A stretch of 64,000 bases of DNA. It comes from Methanothrix sp. (GTDB lineage Archaea > Halobacteriota > Methanosarcinia > Methanotrichales > Methanotrichaceae). Positions 33,565 through 43,501 of the stretch are shown in pieces. The notes beneath the pieces are model-generated. The model saw nothing but the letters and a program-made list of their open reading frames with translations, was not told the origin of the DNA and did not search any database. Within the stretch, counting starts at the first letter, position 1, and each line of letters opens with the position of its first letter. Where the stretch lies: NCBI GenBank assembly GCA_040770465.1, contig JAXGJB010000002.1:32001-96000 (forward strand), written 5' to 3'. A program made the position numbers and the translations under genes.

Positions 33565-34959
33565 ATGAGACCGATCTCTCCCGAAGAGATGAGAGCCATC
33601 GATTCAAACTGCACCTACTTTGGGCTCATCCCGCTGCAGCTGATGGAGAACGCCGGGTCAGCCTTAGCCTCGGAGGCGAGAAAGAGGGCCCGGGGAAATA
33701 GAATCGCCGTCGTCGCCGGACGGGGGAACAACGGCGGGGATGCGTTCGTCGCCGCCCGGCACCTCGCCGAATTCGATGTCACCGTTTTTCTCCTCGGCAG
33801 ATCGAGAGATATCGCCACCGAAGAGGCGAGGCGGAACTGGGAGATTCTGGACCGGCTCGGCTTCGACCTCCGGGAGGTTCGGGATTCGAGGGAGCTGGAG
33901 GAGTTATCCAAATACGATCTGATCCTGGACGCGATCTTTGGGACCGGCGTCCGTGGTGCCGTCCGGGGTCTGGAGGCCGAGGCGATCGACGCCATCAACT
34001 CCGCGAGAAAGCAGGTCATATCGGTGGACGTCCCCAGCGGCATCGGCACCGAGAAGGTCGTCGAGCCCGAGGTGACCGTCACATTCCATCGGCCGAAAGA
34101 GGGCATCCCCGGCGAGGTGGTGGTGGCGGGGATCGGGATACCGCCGTCGGCCGAGTTTCTGGCGGGGCCCGGCGACCTCGCCCTCGTCGCCTCTCGGGCA
34201 CCAGCGAGCCACAAGGGGCAGAACGGCCGGGTTCTGGTGATCGGGGGAGGTCCTTATTCCGGGGCGCCGGCCCTATCGGCGATGGCCGCCCTCCGGGCCG
34301 GGGCGGACCTGGTCACCGTCGCCGTCCCCGAGAACGTCTCCGACGTCATCGCCGGCTTCTCCCCGAACCTGATCGTCCGGCCCCTATCCGATGACCACCT
34401 CTCCTCCGACGACCTGCCGGCCCTCCGGGAGCTGATACCCCGCCACGACGTCGTCGTCGTCGGGATGGGCCTTGGCCGCCACCCCGAGACGACCGAGGCA
34501 CTGACGAAGATCGTCCCCGAATGCGGCAAGATGGTGATGGACGCCGACGCCCTCCTCCCCGGCGTCCCCCTCAAGGGCATCATCACCCCTCATGAGAGCG
34601 AGTTTCGGCGGGTCAGCTCCATCGGGGTGCCGCCAGGCCGGGTCCAGAACGAGACGCTGATGACCTTCGCTCGGGACATGGGCCTCACAATCCTCCTGAA
34701 GGGGAAGGTCGATCTGATCACCGACGGCACCGTCATCCGAGGGAACGCCACCGGGAACGCCGGGATGACCGTCGGAGGGACCGGGGACGTCCTCGCCGGG
34801 GTCACCGGGGCCTTCTACGCCAATGCCCCGCCGCTCCGGGCCGCCGTCGCCGCAGCCTTCGTCAACGGGACCGCCGGCGACCTGGCCTTCGAGGAGAAGG
34901 GGTACTCGCTCCTGGCCACCGACGTCATCGAGAATATACCTCTGGCTATGTGGCAGTGA
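33565..34959 (+). CDS. nnr: Bifunctional NAD(P)HX epimerase/dehydratase
   Basis: LMENAG, GNNGGD, DAIFGTG, DVPSG; HKGQNGRV, ITPH..EF, GGTGDVLAG. Confidence 0.95.
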   Translation: MRPISPEEMRAIDSNCTYFGLIPLQLMENAGSALASEARKRARGNRIAVVAGRGNNGGDAFVAARHLAEFDVTVFLLGRSRDIATEEARRNWEILDRLGFDLREVRDSRELEELSKYDLILDAIFGTGVRGAVRGLEAEAIDAINSARKQVISVDVPSGIGTEKVVEPEVTVTFHRPKEGIPGEVVVAGIGIPPSAEFLAGPGDLALVASRAPASHKGQNGRVLVIGGGPYSGAPALSAMAALRAGADLVTVAVPENVSDVIAGFSPNLIVRPLSDDHLSSDDLPALRELIPRHDVVVVGMGLGRHPETTEALTKIVPECGKMVMDADALLPGVPLKGIITPHESEFRRVSSIGVPPGRVQNETLMTFARDMGLTILLKGKVDLITDGTVIRGNATGNAGMTVGGTGDVLAGVTGAFYANAPPLRAAVAAAFVNGTAGDLAFEEKGYSLLATDVIENIPLAMWQ

Positions 34960-35042
34960 GCCCTCAGGACAAGGCTGTGATAGTGATTATTGACAGTGAT
35001 ACCTTGAAGCGAGATCAGGATCATCGGGAGTATCGGGCGGGG

Positions 35043-35486
35043 ATGGTGGAGATCACCGAGAAGCCCGCCGTCGGGCGGAGGGCCGTCGCAGAGGGGCTCA
35101 TCCGCCTCAAAGAATCGACGGTGGATGCGATCAGAAACGGCGAGGTGGTGAAGGGGGATGTCCTCACCGTGGCGAGGGTGGCGGCGATCCAGGCGGTGAA
35201 GGAGACGCCGCGCCAGATCCCAATGTGCCACCCGATCCCGATCACCGGCGTCGAAGTGGCATTCGATCTCCTCCCAGACCGGGTCAGGGCGAGGGTCGTC
35301 GTCACCTCCGTCGGAAAGACAGGGGTCGAGATGGAGGCCCTGGCGGGGGTCTCGGCGGCGCTCCTCAACGTCTGGGACATGGTCAAGTCCCGGGAGAAGG
35401 ATGAGACCGGAAACTACCCCTCGACGGCGATCGAGGAGATCCGGGTGGTGGAGAAGAGGAAAGATGATAGTGGTATGGGGGGTTGA
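35043..35486 (+). CDS. moaC: Cyclic pyranopterin monophosphate synthase
   Basis: MVEITEK, KGDVL, IPMCHP, TGVEMEAL, WDMVK. Confidence 0.96.
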   Translation: MVEITEKPAVGRRAVAEGLIRLKESTVDAIRNGEVVKGDVLTVARVAAIQAVKETPRQIPMCHPIPITGVEVAFDLLPDRVRARVVVTSVGKTGVEMEALAGVSAALLNVWDMVKSREKDETGNYPSTAIEEIRVVEKRKDDSGMGG

Positions 35487-35645
35487 GATCCACGAAGTAG
35501 CATATACGTTGCGGAGCCTTTATGATTTATTAATACGAATTATATAAAATTCTGTCGTAAGTAGAATCCCTCAAAGCATCGTATTGCCGAGAGGTGAGAT
35601 TCCGATGCCGCTGAAAAATAGATCGGTGGCGAGATCGTCACCCTA

Positions 35646-36947
35646 TTAGAGCCCGTACTCCGGGAGCCGCTCCCGCGCGATCTCCCTCTCCCGCTGGTGC
35701 TCGGTCAAAAAAGCCTTGATCCTCTCGGCAGCCTCCTTCTTGCAGGTCCCGCAGACTCGCTCGCCGCTCTTGCACTCCTCGAAGACCTCCAAGAGCTCGG
35801 ACTCGTCCTCGGAGAGGTGGAATAGCATCAGCTCGTAGACTGTGCACTTGTCCGGCTCGCCCCCGAGCTTCTTCTGCTCGGCGAGGGACTGCCTCCCGCC
35901 GGTGACGGCCCTCATCACCTTCTTCGCCGCCTCCTCGGGGTCCTCGGTGAGGGCGATGTGGCTATCGGGCTTCGAGGAGGACATCTTGCCGCCGGTGAGG
36001 CCGGTCATGAACCGGTGGTAAAGAGACGCTGGCGGGACGAAGCCGTACCCCCCCTCCTCCACCTCAAGCTCCCTCATCGCCTCCTCGACCTTCCCCGCAT
36101 CCGTCGCCTTCGCGTCGAAGACGTCGATATGCTCCTCGTACCGCTTGACCTTCCTGTACCCCATCTCCTTAAGGCGGGAGGCCGCCGCCTCGATGAGGTC
36201 GGAGCCCGCAGCCTTCCCCCGGAGGCTGACGCGCCCCTCCCTCTCCTCCACCAGGAACTTTCTCATCCTGCCGGCGAGGTCGCGGGTCAGCCTGATGTGG
36301 GCGTCCTGGTCCGAGCCGACGGGGATGACCACCGGCTTCGGCCCGCCGTTCTCGGAGAGCTGGGGGTGGAGGATGTCGGCGCTCTGGACCATGACAGAGA
36401 CCATGTGGGCGACGTTCGTCTCCCCGGAGAAGCCATAGATGGCGGCAAGCTCCGAGAACCGTGCGGCGGAGGCGAGCTCGAACGCCAGGTCCCGGACGGC
36501 CTGGCTTTCGGACTGGAAGTAAATGTGCCCCGAAGGCTCAAAGCCGAGGGCGATGATGCTGAGGATGTACTCCTCGATCCCCATCTCCCGGCACCTCTGC
36601 CAGCTGATCCCCCGGACCGAGTGGGCCTCCATGTCGGCGATGGCGACGAAGGCGTCCCCCCCATGCTTCTGGTGCCAGATGATCTCCTCCATCACCATCT
36701 TGCCGCCGAGATGGACCCTCCCGCTGGGCATGAACCCGCTCATCACAGCGAAAGGTCTCCTGTCGTTCATCGCCTGAACGACCTTCTGATAATCACGATG
36801 GCCGAATATTATGTGCCTTTTCATATATGGATGGGGATCTTCGATCTGGGGCAGAATGTCCTCGAAGCTCGATATTCCAAACTCTTCGAAGAGCTTCGAG
36901 TAGTCATCTATCGAGACCGCGCCCCAGGGGTCCAGCTTCGTTGCCAT
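35646..36947 (-). CDS. trpS: Tryptophanyl-tRNA synthetase
   Basis: [39 protein letters not shown]. Confidence 0.96.
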   Translation of the reverse strand: MATKLDPWGAVSIDDYSKLFEEFGISSFEDILPQIEDPHPYMKRHIIFGHRDYQKVVQAMNDRRPFAVMSGFMPSGRVHLGGKMVMEEIIWHQKHGGDAFVAIADMEAHSVRGISWQRCREMGIEEYILSIIALGFEPSGHIYFQSESQAVRDLAFELASAARFSELAAIYGFSGETNVAHMVSVMVQSADILHPQLSENGGPKPVVIPVGSDQDAHIRLTRDLAGRMRKFLVEEREGRVSLRGKAAGSDLIEAAASRLKEMGYRKVKRYEEHIDVFDAKATDAGKVEEAMRELEVEEGGYGFVPPASLYHRFMTGLTGGKMSSSKPDSHIALTEDPEEAAKKVMRAVTGGRQSLAEQKKLGGEPDKCTVYELMLFHLSEDESELLEVFEECKSGERVCGTCKKEAAERIKAFLTEHQREREIARERLPEYGL

Positions 36948-37061
36948 AAGTCCAGGCGATGCAGAATATGGTATATTTAACTTCTCGTCACCATCGACCA
37001 TCTGGCTGGGCTGGCCGGTCAGCGCCGGTCGGCAGCTAAAATTATTTAAATTCGAACGTAG

Positions 37062-37739
37062 ATGATACCGCCGATGAACCGCGAATCCTTTCCCTGCGAT
37101 CTTGTGACCTGGAACGAGTTTTACGACCTCGCCAAGGCGCTATCCCGACAGATCAAGTCCTCGGGCTGGCGCCCCGACCTGGTGGTGGCCATCGGTCGGG
37201 GCGGCTACGTCCCGGCCCGGGTCGTCTGCGACTTCCTCGTCTTCGACCTTCTCACCAGCATGAAGGTCGAACACTGGGGGATCGCAGCCCAGAAGAGAGA
37301 TCAGGCAATGGTCCGCTTTCCCCTGGCCGTGGACGTCTCCGGCAAGAAGGTCCTGATCGTCGACGACGTCACCGACACCGGTGACACCCTCTCCACGGCG
37401 GTCGGCTACGTCGAGAGCCTGGGGCCTGCAGAGATGAGGACCGCCGTCCTCCAGCATAAGACGAGCTCGGCTTTTCTCCCGGACTACTACGCCGAGAAGA
37501 TCGTTTCATGGAGGTGGATCATCTACCCCTGGGCGGTCCACGAAGACCTGGTGGGTTTCTGCGAACGGGTCCTCTCCGGAATAGATCGTCCAATGTCGGC
37601 GGATGAGATCATCGCAGATTTGAAGAGGAGATTTGAGATCGAGGTGGACCTCGAGGAGATGGCAGGAGTTCTGGAGGATCTGGTGGCCATGGGAAAAGCC
37701 GTGCGGTCAGGATCGACATATCTGGTCGCAGACGGCTGA
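37062..37739 (+). CDS. Purine phosphoribosyltransferase family protein with C-terminal wHTH-like extension
   Basis: AIGRGG, PRPP motif [20 protein letters not shown]. Confidence 0.88.
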   Translation: MIPPMNRESFPCDLVTWNEFYDLAKALSRQIKSSGWRPDLVVAIGRGGYVPARVVCDFLVFDLLTSMKVEHWGIAAQKRDQAMVRFPLAVDVSGKKVLIVDDVTDTGDTLSTAVGYVESLGPAEMRTAVLQHKTSSAFLPDYYAEKIVSWRWIIYPWAVHEDLVGFCERVLSGIDRPMSADEIIADLKRRFEIEVDLEEMAGVLEDLVAMGKAVRSGSTYLVADG

Positions 37740-37820
37740 TTCGATAATCTTTTTGAATAAACAAAAATAAGCTATTTATATGAGAATGAATTTGTAACCG
37801 GAAATATAGATGTGATAATT

Positions 37821-38210
37821 ATGAGACAATTTTCGGTTAAAGTTCTGGACGACGGCGACCGGGAGTTCGTGGAGATTCTGCGAGACCTCGGCATCCCCCG
37901 AAACGTCGCCGCCATGATAACGTACCTCGCCAACGTCGGGGAGGCCACCTCTCGTGAGATCGAGATCGGGTCGAACCTCAGGCAGCCGGAGGTCAGCATC
38001 GCCATGAGATCCCTTAGAGAGAACGGCTGGGTGGAGGAGAGGGAGATGAAGAAGGACGGAAAGGGGAGGCCCATGAAGGTCTACAGGCTCGCTGTAACCC
38101 TTGAGGAGATCATAAGGCATTTTGAGGATGAGAAGAGGAGCGAGTCGGCGAGGGTGATGGAAAATATAGGTCGGCTGAAGGATCTGAGCGGAAAGCTCGC
38201 CAACGTCTGA
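37821..38210 (+). CDS. Methanogen wHTH transcriptional regulator (ArsR/TrmB-like)
   Basis: SREIEIGSNLRQPEVSIAM, GKGRPMKVYRL. Confidence 0.85.
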   Translation: MRQFSVKVLDDGDREFVEILRDLGIPRNVAAMITYLANVGEATSREIEIGSNLRQPEVSIAMRSLRENGWVEEREMKKDGKGRPMKVYRLAVTLEEIIRHFEDEKRSESARVMENIGRLKDLSGKLANV

Positions 38211-38219
38211 GGCGATCCT

Positions 38220-38432
38220 TCATCCGGAGGAGACGATCCGGACGATCTCCAGGTCGCCGGGTTCCACCACATCGTCCGAGGGAACGGGGCGCCCCTCCCA
38301 GAGCGCCACCACTGTCTCGGGTTTCAATCCCAGAAGCGAGACGAGTTCCTCATAGGTGACGCCCCTCTCAAAATCGATCACCCGTTCGGATACGCGGCCA
38401 TCAGCACGGATTTTAACCTCGAGAGCGGTCAC
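38220..38432 (-). CDS. MoaD/ThiS/SAMP-like ubiquitin-fold protein, C-terminus -VSSG
   Basis: 70 aa, TYEELVSLLGLKPETVVA..GRPVP.D..V..GDLEIVRIVSSG beta-grasp pattern. Confidence 0.85.
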   Translation of the reverse strand: MTALEVKIRADGRVSERVIDFERGVTYEELVSLLGLKPETVVALWEGRPVPSDDVVEPGDLEIVRIVSSG

Positions 38433-38560
38433 TCTTCTTCCTCACCGCCTGCGCCCACGAGATCCTCGAGGTTCTCTTCGATCAGCTTCTTCTCCAGGTT
38501 CTCAGTCTTCTTGTCGCCTTTCCTCTCAACGTCCCTTTTCTTGAACTTAGGCACAAGCAT
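38429..38560 (-). CDS. 41-43 aa charged peptide (ML)VPKFKKRDVERKGDKKTENLEKKLIEENLEDLVGAGGEEEE (not in ORF track)
   Basis: GGGGTGA RBS suits GTG at 38554; native AAG/GAG codon usage; TGA overlaps GTG of the ubiquitin-like gene. Confidence 0.75.
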   Translation of the reverse strand: MLVPKFKKRDVERKGDKKTENLEKKLIEENLEDLVGAGGEEEE

Positions 38561-38588
38561 CACCCCATCTTAATCCGATCTGCGGCGG

Positions 38589-38601
38589 TATTAACCTTTC
38601 G
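38589..38601 (-). promoter_or_regulatory. BRE/TATA-like element for the peptide-Ubl pair
   Basis: Minus strand CGAAAGGTTAATA about 30 nt upstream of the peptide start. Confidence 0.6.
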
Positions 38602-39528
38602 TTAGCCTGACCTTCGGCCTATGCAGGCCCACTGATCGTAGATCCCCAGGTCGTCGGGGCTCGCGACCACCTCTGCAGCCCATCCCTCAGACCTCAGGGC
38701 GGCGGCCACCATCCGGGCCTCTCTTTCGGTGTAGGTGGTGTAGATCACCATCTCTCCTGCGAGCTCCGACGAGCTGACCAGGATCTCCTTCCAGAGGGGC
38801 CAGTTGACGTCGTCGATCAGCCCCACCATGAACCCCACCACCGCCTCGAAGTGCTTAGGACGAAAGAACCGGTCCAGGAGCCGGGCGTCCAGGACCATCG
38901 ACCTTTCGGGTTCGAGGTGGCCATACTTCAACCCATTGCATACCTCACAGCTATCGATCTCACAGGTCCATGGACGAACGCCGAGCCTCCTCAGGGCCTG
39001 GGTGGCCATGCCGCTACCGCAGCATATCTCCAGCACCTCGCCCCCAGAGGGGATGAGGGGTCTGAGGAACCTCTCCAGGGTTCCCGTCCTCTCGGGGACG
39101 AAGAGGGGCGGGCTTGATACAGGGCAATTCTCGCAGAATAGCTCGTCTTTTAGGGCGACGGCCAGCCACTCCACTACTCCCTCAAAAAATCTCCTCTCAT
39201 CCACCACGACGGTCTTCGATCTCGGGATCTCGGGAAGCGCTTCCAGGGGGCTTGATTCGGAGTAGCGGTCCGTCAAAAGGAGCCAGACCTCGCCGGGCTC
39301 TGTGAGCTTCAGGGCGATCCCCAGACGGGATCTGCGTCCCGCATCTGACCCTGTATCATCCTCCTCTCCCTCCTCCTCGCCATCCAGAACTTCGATGGCC
39401 TCCACAACCACCGGTTCCGACCCGAGGATCTCTGAGGTGACCGGGAGGTCGATCAGATCGGCCAGGGACTCTTCGGCCAGGAATATCTCTTCACCGTCGT
39501 CGATCTTCAAGATCTTGTGAAGCAACAC
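38602..39528 (-). CDS. Class I SAM-dependent methyltransferase-like protein
   Basis: Motif I VLEICCGSGMAT, CEID, VLDAR; N-terminal domain with acidic loop and CxxC (FCENC). Confidence 0.75.
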   Translation of the reverse strand: MLLHKILKIDDGEEIFLAEESLADLIDLPVTSEILGSEPVVVEAIEVLDGEEEGEEDDTGSDAGRRSRLGIALKLTEPGEVWLLLTDRYSESSPLEALPEIPRSKTVVVDERRFFEGVVEWLAVALKDELFCENCPVSSPPLFVPERTGTLERFLRPLIPSGGEVLEICCGSGMATQALRRLGVRPWTCEIDSCEVCNGLKYGHLEPERSMVLDARLLDRFFRPKHFEAVVGFMVGLIDDVNWPLWKEILVSSSELAGEMVIYTTYTEREARMVAAALRSEGWAAEVVASPDDLGIYDQWACIGRRSG

Positions 39529-39610
39529 GATGGAAATAACCGATCCCGGCAGATATCAAGTTTTCTTTCGGGGAAACGGCTATATTGTCTCCTGTCGACT
39601 GGAGTAGGGT

Positions 39611-41629
39611 TTGAAGCTCAAAGACGTTCCAGGCATAGGGGCGAAGCTGAATGAACGGCTGATTGCCCACTATGGGGATGAGGGCGCCGCCATGGAGGCC
39701 TTGCTGAAGGGGGACGTGGCCGGCCTTCTGAAGATGAGGGGGCTGAGCGAGCGGCAGGCAACGGCCCTGGTCCAGCGGGCGAGAAGCACGAATTGGGGGG
39801 TCTCTCCTGCCGACTTTCTCGCCACCGACGAGGCGGTCCGGATATACCAGTCTCTGATGGAGCTTCTGTCCAGGTCGGCCCACACCGAATATGCCAGGCA
39901 GAAGCTGTCCTGCCTCTTCCCATCCTCCAGCCGGGAGATGGTCGAGGAGAACCGGAGATTTGCGGAATCGGCCATCAGCTCCTCCTCAAAGCTGATCGAC
40001 ACCGACCTAGCCCGCCACCTCTCGAATATCAAGCCGCTCCGAAAGGGCGCAGGTCCAAGGGTCAGGAACCGGGCTGTGGCGGCGGATTCTGTATCCGCTT
40101 TTCGGGCCCTGAAGGAGAGGGGGATGGAGCGGTCTGTCGATCTTCATCTCGTCGAGAGCCTGAGGGATCTGCGAGATCTGGCTCAGGGGTACGATCTTGT
40201 GACCTTCATCTCCAGAAACCTCGACAGCCTCTCCCTGGATGAGGTCGAGGAGGCGGAGAGCGACGAGGACTGGTACCTGGTCCCGGAGCTTCTGCTTCAT
40301 CGTTACCAGGAGAACGAGGCCACCATCGACGCCATCCTCGGAGCGGCCAGGATCTTGCAGGCCGCTGAGGTCGCCTCCTTCGAGGGGCTCGAAGAGCTGC
40401 TCTGCGGCCTTGAGAGGCTGAGAGCTGACGACGATCCCGAGGTTCGGCGGCTCGACCAGCTGATGGCGGAGCTTGAAGGCCGGGTGGATGAGGCGGTGGC
40501 CTGGGCCAACGCCGAGTTGAAACGGAGGATGGAGAGCTGTTCTGTAACCTTCGCCGGAGACGACCTCCTCCTCGCCCTGGGAAGAGGCGGTGACCTCCGG
40601 GACGTCTTCAAATCCCGGATGGGTGAGACCTTCACCGAAGTGATGAAAGCTGCGAGGGATCGGGCCTCCGCCGGCCTGGAGCTGAAAGGGGCCGAGGGGG
40701 CGCGGCTCGAGGAGATCATCTCCCCGGAGGTCCGCTACCCCATGGAAGAAGACCGGGAGGCTCTGGTTCGGTTCATTCGGGAGCTTCGGAAGAAGGCGGA
40801 GGCCAAGAGGCTGAAGTCCCGCCGGGATCGTGCAAGAGATCTCGCAGGAAGGTGGGACCTGGTGGAGACCCTAGAGAGACGTCTGCTGGAGTTCGACGTG
40901 GGATTCTCCCTGGCCACCTTCTCCCACCGGATGGGATTGACGATGCCAACCTTCGTCGAAGACCCCTGCATCGGCTTTTTGGATGGAATAAACCTGCTTC
41001 TCGATGATCCCGAGCCGGTCAGCTACTCTGTGGGTCCTTCGGGGCTCGCCGAGCCGGACGAGAGGACGGCGATCCTCAGCGGCGTCAACTCCGGCGGCAA
41101 GACAACCCTCATCGAGCTCGTGGCCACGATGGTGATCCTCGCCCAGATGGGGCTTCCGGTTCCAGCGGCCGCGTGCCGCCTCTGCATCTTCGATGCCCTC
41201 TACTACTTCGGCAAGAGCCGGGGCACCCTGGGGGCCGGGGCCTTCGAGGCGACTATTCGAAAGTTCTCCGTCCTCTCCGGAGAGGATAGGAAGCTCGTCC
41301 TGGCTGACGAGCTGGAGGCGATGACCGAGCCCGGAGCCTCGGCCAGGATCATAGCCTCCCTTCTGGACGAGCTCTCTCGAGGGGGGTCTGTCGCCATCTT
41401 CGTCAGCCATCTCGCAGAGGATGTGGCGAGGTTTGCAGAGACCTCTGTCAGGATCGACGGCATCGAGGCCCGGGGACTCGATGGGACCGGCCAGCTCATC
41501 GTCGATAGAAGCCCACTCTATCATCACCTGGCCAAAAGCACTCCGGAGCTGATAATCGAGAGGCTCGCCCGAACCGCCAGTGGCCCCGAGCGAGATTTCT
41601 ACGCGAGACTCCTCTCGAAATTCCGGTGA
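39611..41629 (+). CDS. Archaeal MutS-family ATPase with N-terminal helix-hairpin-helix (no Smr)
   Basis: VPGIGAKL HhH; SGVNSGGKTT, LAQMGLPVPA, GAFE, LADELEAMTEPG, VSHL. Confidence 0.9.
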   Translation: MKLKDVPGIGAKLNERLIAHYGDEGAAMEALLKGDVAGLLKMRGLSERQATALVQRARSTNWGVSPADFLATDEAVRIYQSLMELLSRSAHTEYARQKLSCLFPSSSREMVEENRRFAESAISSSSKLIDTDLARHLSNIKPLRKGAGPRVRNRAVAADSVSAFRALKERGMERSVDLHLVESLRDLRDLAQGYDLVTFISRNLDSLSLDEVEEAESDEDWYLVPELLLHRYQENEATIDAILGAARILQAAEVASFEGLEELLCGLERLRADDDPEVRRLDQLMAELEGRVDEAVAWANAELKRRMESCSVTFAGDDLLLALGRGGDLRDVFKSRMGETFTEVMKAARDRASAGLELKGAEGARLEEIISPEVRYPMEEDREALVRFIRELRKKAEAKRLKSRRDRARDLAGRWDLVETLERRLLEFDVGFSLATFSHRMGLTMPTFVEDPCIGFLDGINLLLDDPEPVSYSVGPSGLAEPDERTAILSGVNSGGKTTLIELVATMVILAQMGLPVPAAACRLCIFDALYYFGKSRGTLGAGAFEATIRKFSVLSGEDRKLVLADELEAMTEPGASARIIASLLDELSRGGSVAIFVSHLAEDVARFAETSVRIDGIEARGLDGTGQLIVDRSPLYHHLAKSTPELIIERLARTASGPERDFYARLLSKFR

Positions 41630-41660
41630 ATTTTTATACTAGCTGACCAATTTATATCAC

Positions 41661-41876
41661 ATGGACCCCTCATACCACCTTGAGATATGGCAGATAGCCG
41701 CCATATGCCTTCTTCTGCTGCCGGCATTCCTCATCGCCAACTACGTCATCGTGAAGAGGATGGTCCAGGAGAGAAAGGCCCGGGAGGACAGGGTGGAGAG
41801 GTTCATCGCTGCCAGCGTGGCGCGGGACATGAATCCCGATAACAGGTCGAAGAGGAGACCAAGAAGGAGGTTCTGA
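41661..41876 (+). CDS. Small single-TM membrane protein
   Basis: TATA-like TTTTATA/TTTATA just upstream; hydrophobic segment then basic tail. Confidence 0.65.
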   Translation: MDPSYHLEIWQIAAICLLLLPAFLIANYVIVKRMVQERKAREDRVERFIAASVARDMNPDNRSKRRPRRRF

Positions 41877-42206
41877 ACTTTCGCACCATATCCTGTTCCA
41901 TCGATGCCGGTCACCCCGGACCGAACCGTCGAGGGGTCGATGGTGGGGATACGCTCTCCCAGCTCTAAGACGGACGGAGAATGATTCGGAGATGGATCGT
42001 CTGGCCGTCATGGACAGGAAGCTGGTCGGGGCAGGCTGAGGATGAAATCCCATAAATCGTACCGAAATCTCGCCTAACAAGGGCGACACATCCCGAATTT
42101 CATAAAGAACATTATTACTATTTATTTTTCTTATGTTCATGGTCCAATATTATGGGAAACCTCTTTATAGTATAAACAAGGGAGTTATCGAGGGGTGTGT
42201 ACTCAG

Positions 42207-42803
42207 ATGAGCGATAAGACGGAGCAGTTGAAAGAGCTGTTCTTGAAGATCTCAAGCAGCACCAAAGTGGTCGAGAAGCAGGCCACGGTCCATGGCGATC
42301 TCAAGGGAAGTGAAGAGATCGAAAGCAGGCTTCGAGTGGTCGTATCTGACATGTGCAAGCAATACAACATCCAGACCAAACTCACCCCTGAGCAGCTGGC
42401 CGCCGTGGTGAGGTTATTTTATAAGGGGCTCAGCGACACCGAGATCGCCGAGCAGCTGGGAGATCGAGCGCTCAACAAGACAGTCAGTCGCGCCAGGATC
42501 AAGCTACACCTGTTCCGGGAATCCGACCTCAAGCCGCCCTTTAAAAAGGAGGAGTTCCTGAAGCTGGCCGAGGCCGGCCGTTCGGTGAAGGAGATGAGCG
42601 AGAGTCTGGGGGTGGCCCCCTCCACCATCAGCGAGTACAAGAACATCTTCGACTGTCAGGAGGCTGCCGAGAGGGACGGTTATACCAAGCGCTTCGAGGA
42701 GATAATCTCCGACCAGGACGTTTCAGAGAGGATGGTCACTCACATCTCCAAGGACGGGCTCCAGGACACCATGGACACCGACTACGAGACTGCAGAAGCT
42801 TGA
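42207..42803 (+). CDS. Double-HTH protein resembling haloarchaeal conditioned medium-induced protein 4 (Cmi4)
   Basis: KTEQLKELF..VVEKQ...GDL, VRLFYKGLSDTEIAEQLG, RARIKLHL, LGVAPSTISEY, DGLQDT pattern recalled from that family. Confidence 0.7.
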   Translation: MSDKTEQLKELFLKISSSTKVVEKQATVHGDLKGSEEIESRLRVVVSDMCKQYNIQTKLTPEQLAAVVRLFYKGLSDTEIAEQLGDRALNKTVSRARIKLHLFRESDLKPPFKKEEFLKLAEAGRSVKEMSESLGVAPSTISEYKNIFDCQEAAERDGYTKRFEEIISDQDVSERMVTHISKDGLQDTMDTDYETAEA

Positions 42804-42927
42804 AAAGGGGGAAGCTGCCCGGGGGCTATCTCGAGGAGCTCCCCTAAGACCTTTAAAGGTCGAGGATCCGCCAATTTCGCCAATTTCTATATTTGCTCAT
42901 ACCTCTTTCGACCCTTGGGGATCAATT

Positions 42928-43347
42928 TCAGATTCTCGTCGCCTCGAAGGGCCCTGATAGTTCCATCTGATCGCTGTCTCGGTAGTAGAACTCGCCCTGA
43001 ATGCTGTCGTCGTTTATCATCCGTCCGTCCACAAAGGATATCGTCGTCATGGGGTCTCCTCCATCCTCGCTCCGTATTGCCAGATAGAACGCCTCGATCT
43101 TTCCGCCGTCTATAGTCCCGAAGACGATCCCACTGTAGTCGTCTTCGGATGCGTTGACCTCCACTGAGTAGGATCCGATGATGTTGTTTCCCACCTGCTG
43201 GACGTTGGCTGTCATCACCTCTTCAACGTCGCCGAAGGTATAGCTGGACTGCCAGGTTCCTGTTGCGTCGACGTTGCTGAGGGAGGCGATGGGGTTGATG
43301 AGGGCCGTCAAAGAAAACAGAACGATACACCATCTGATCACTTTCAT
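42928..43347 (-). CDS. Secreted small beta-rich hypothetical protein
   Basis: Signal peptide, DATGTWQSSY (GxW) and C-terminal FEATR typical of lipocalin/avidin-like barrels. Confidence 0.75.
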   Translation of the reverse strand: MKVIRWCIVLFSLTALINPIASLSNVDATGTWQSSYTFGDVEEVMTANVQQVGNNIIGSYSVEVNASEDDYSGIVFGTIDGGKIEAFYLAIRSEDGGDPMTTISFVDGRMINDDSIQGEFYYRDSDQMELSGPFEATRI

Positions 43348-43501
43348 CTCGATCTCACCATATTTCTTTCATCGCAGTTTGTCTTGATCCGTATTAATAG
43401 TTGATCTCACCGGTATATGGCGATTATCTTCGTCGATCACCTTCCGGGTTGAACTTGTGTTCAGGAACTTGTACGACTTGTTTGCCGGTTGCCTCCTGAA
43501 G

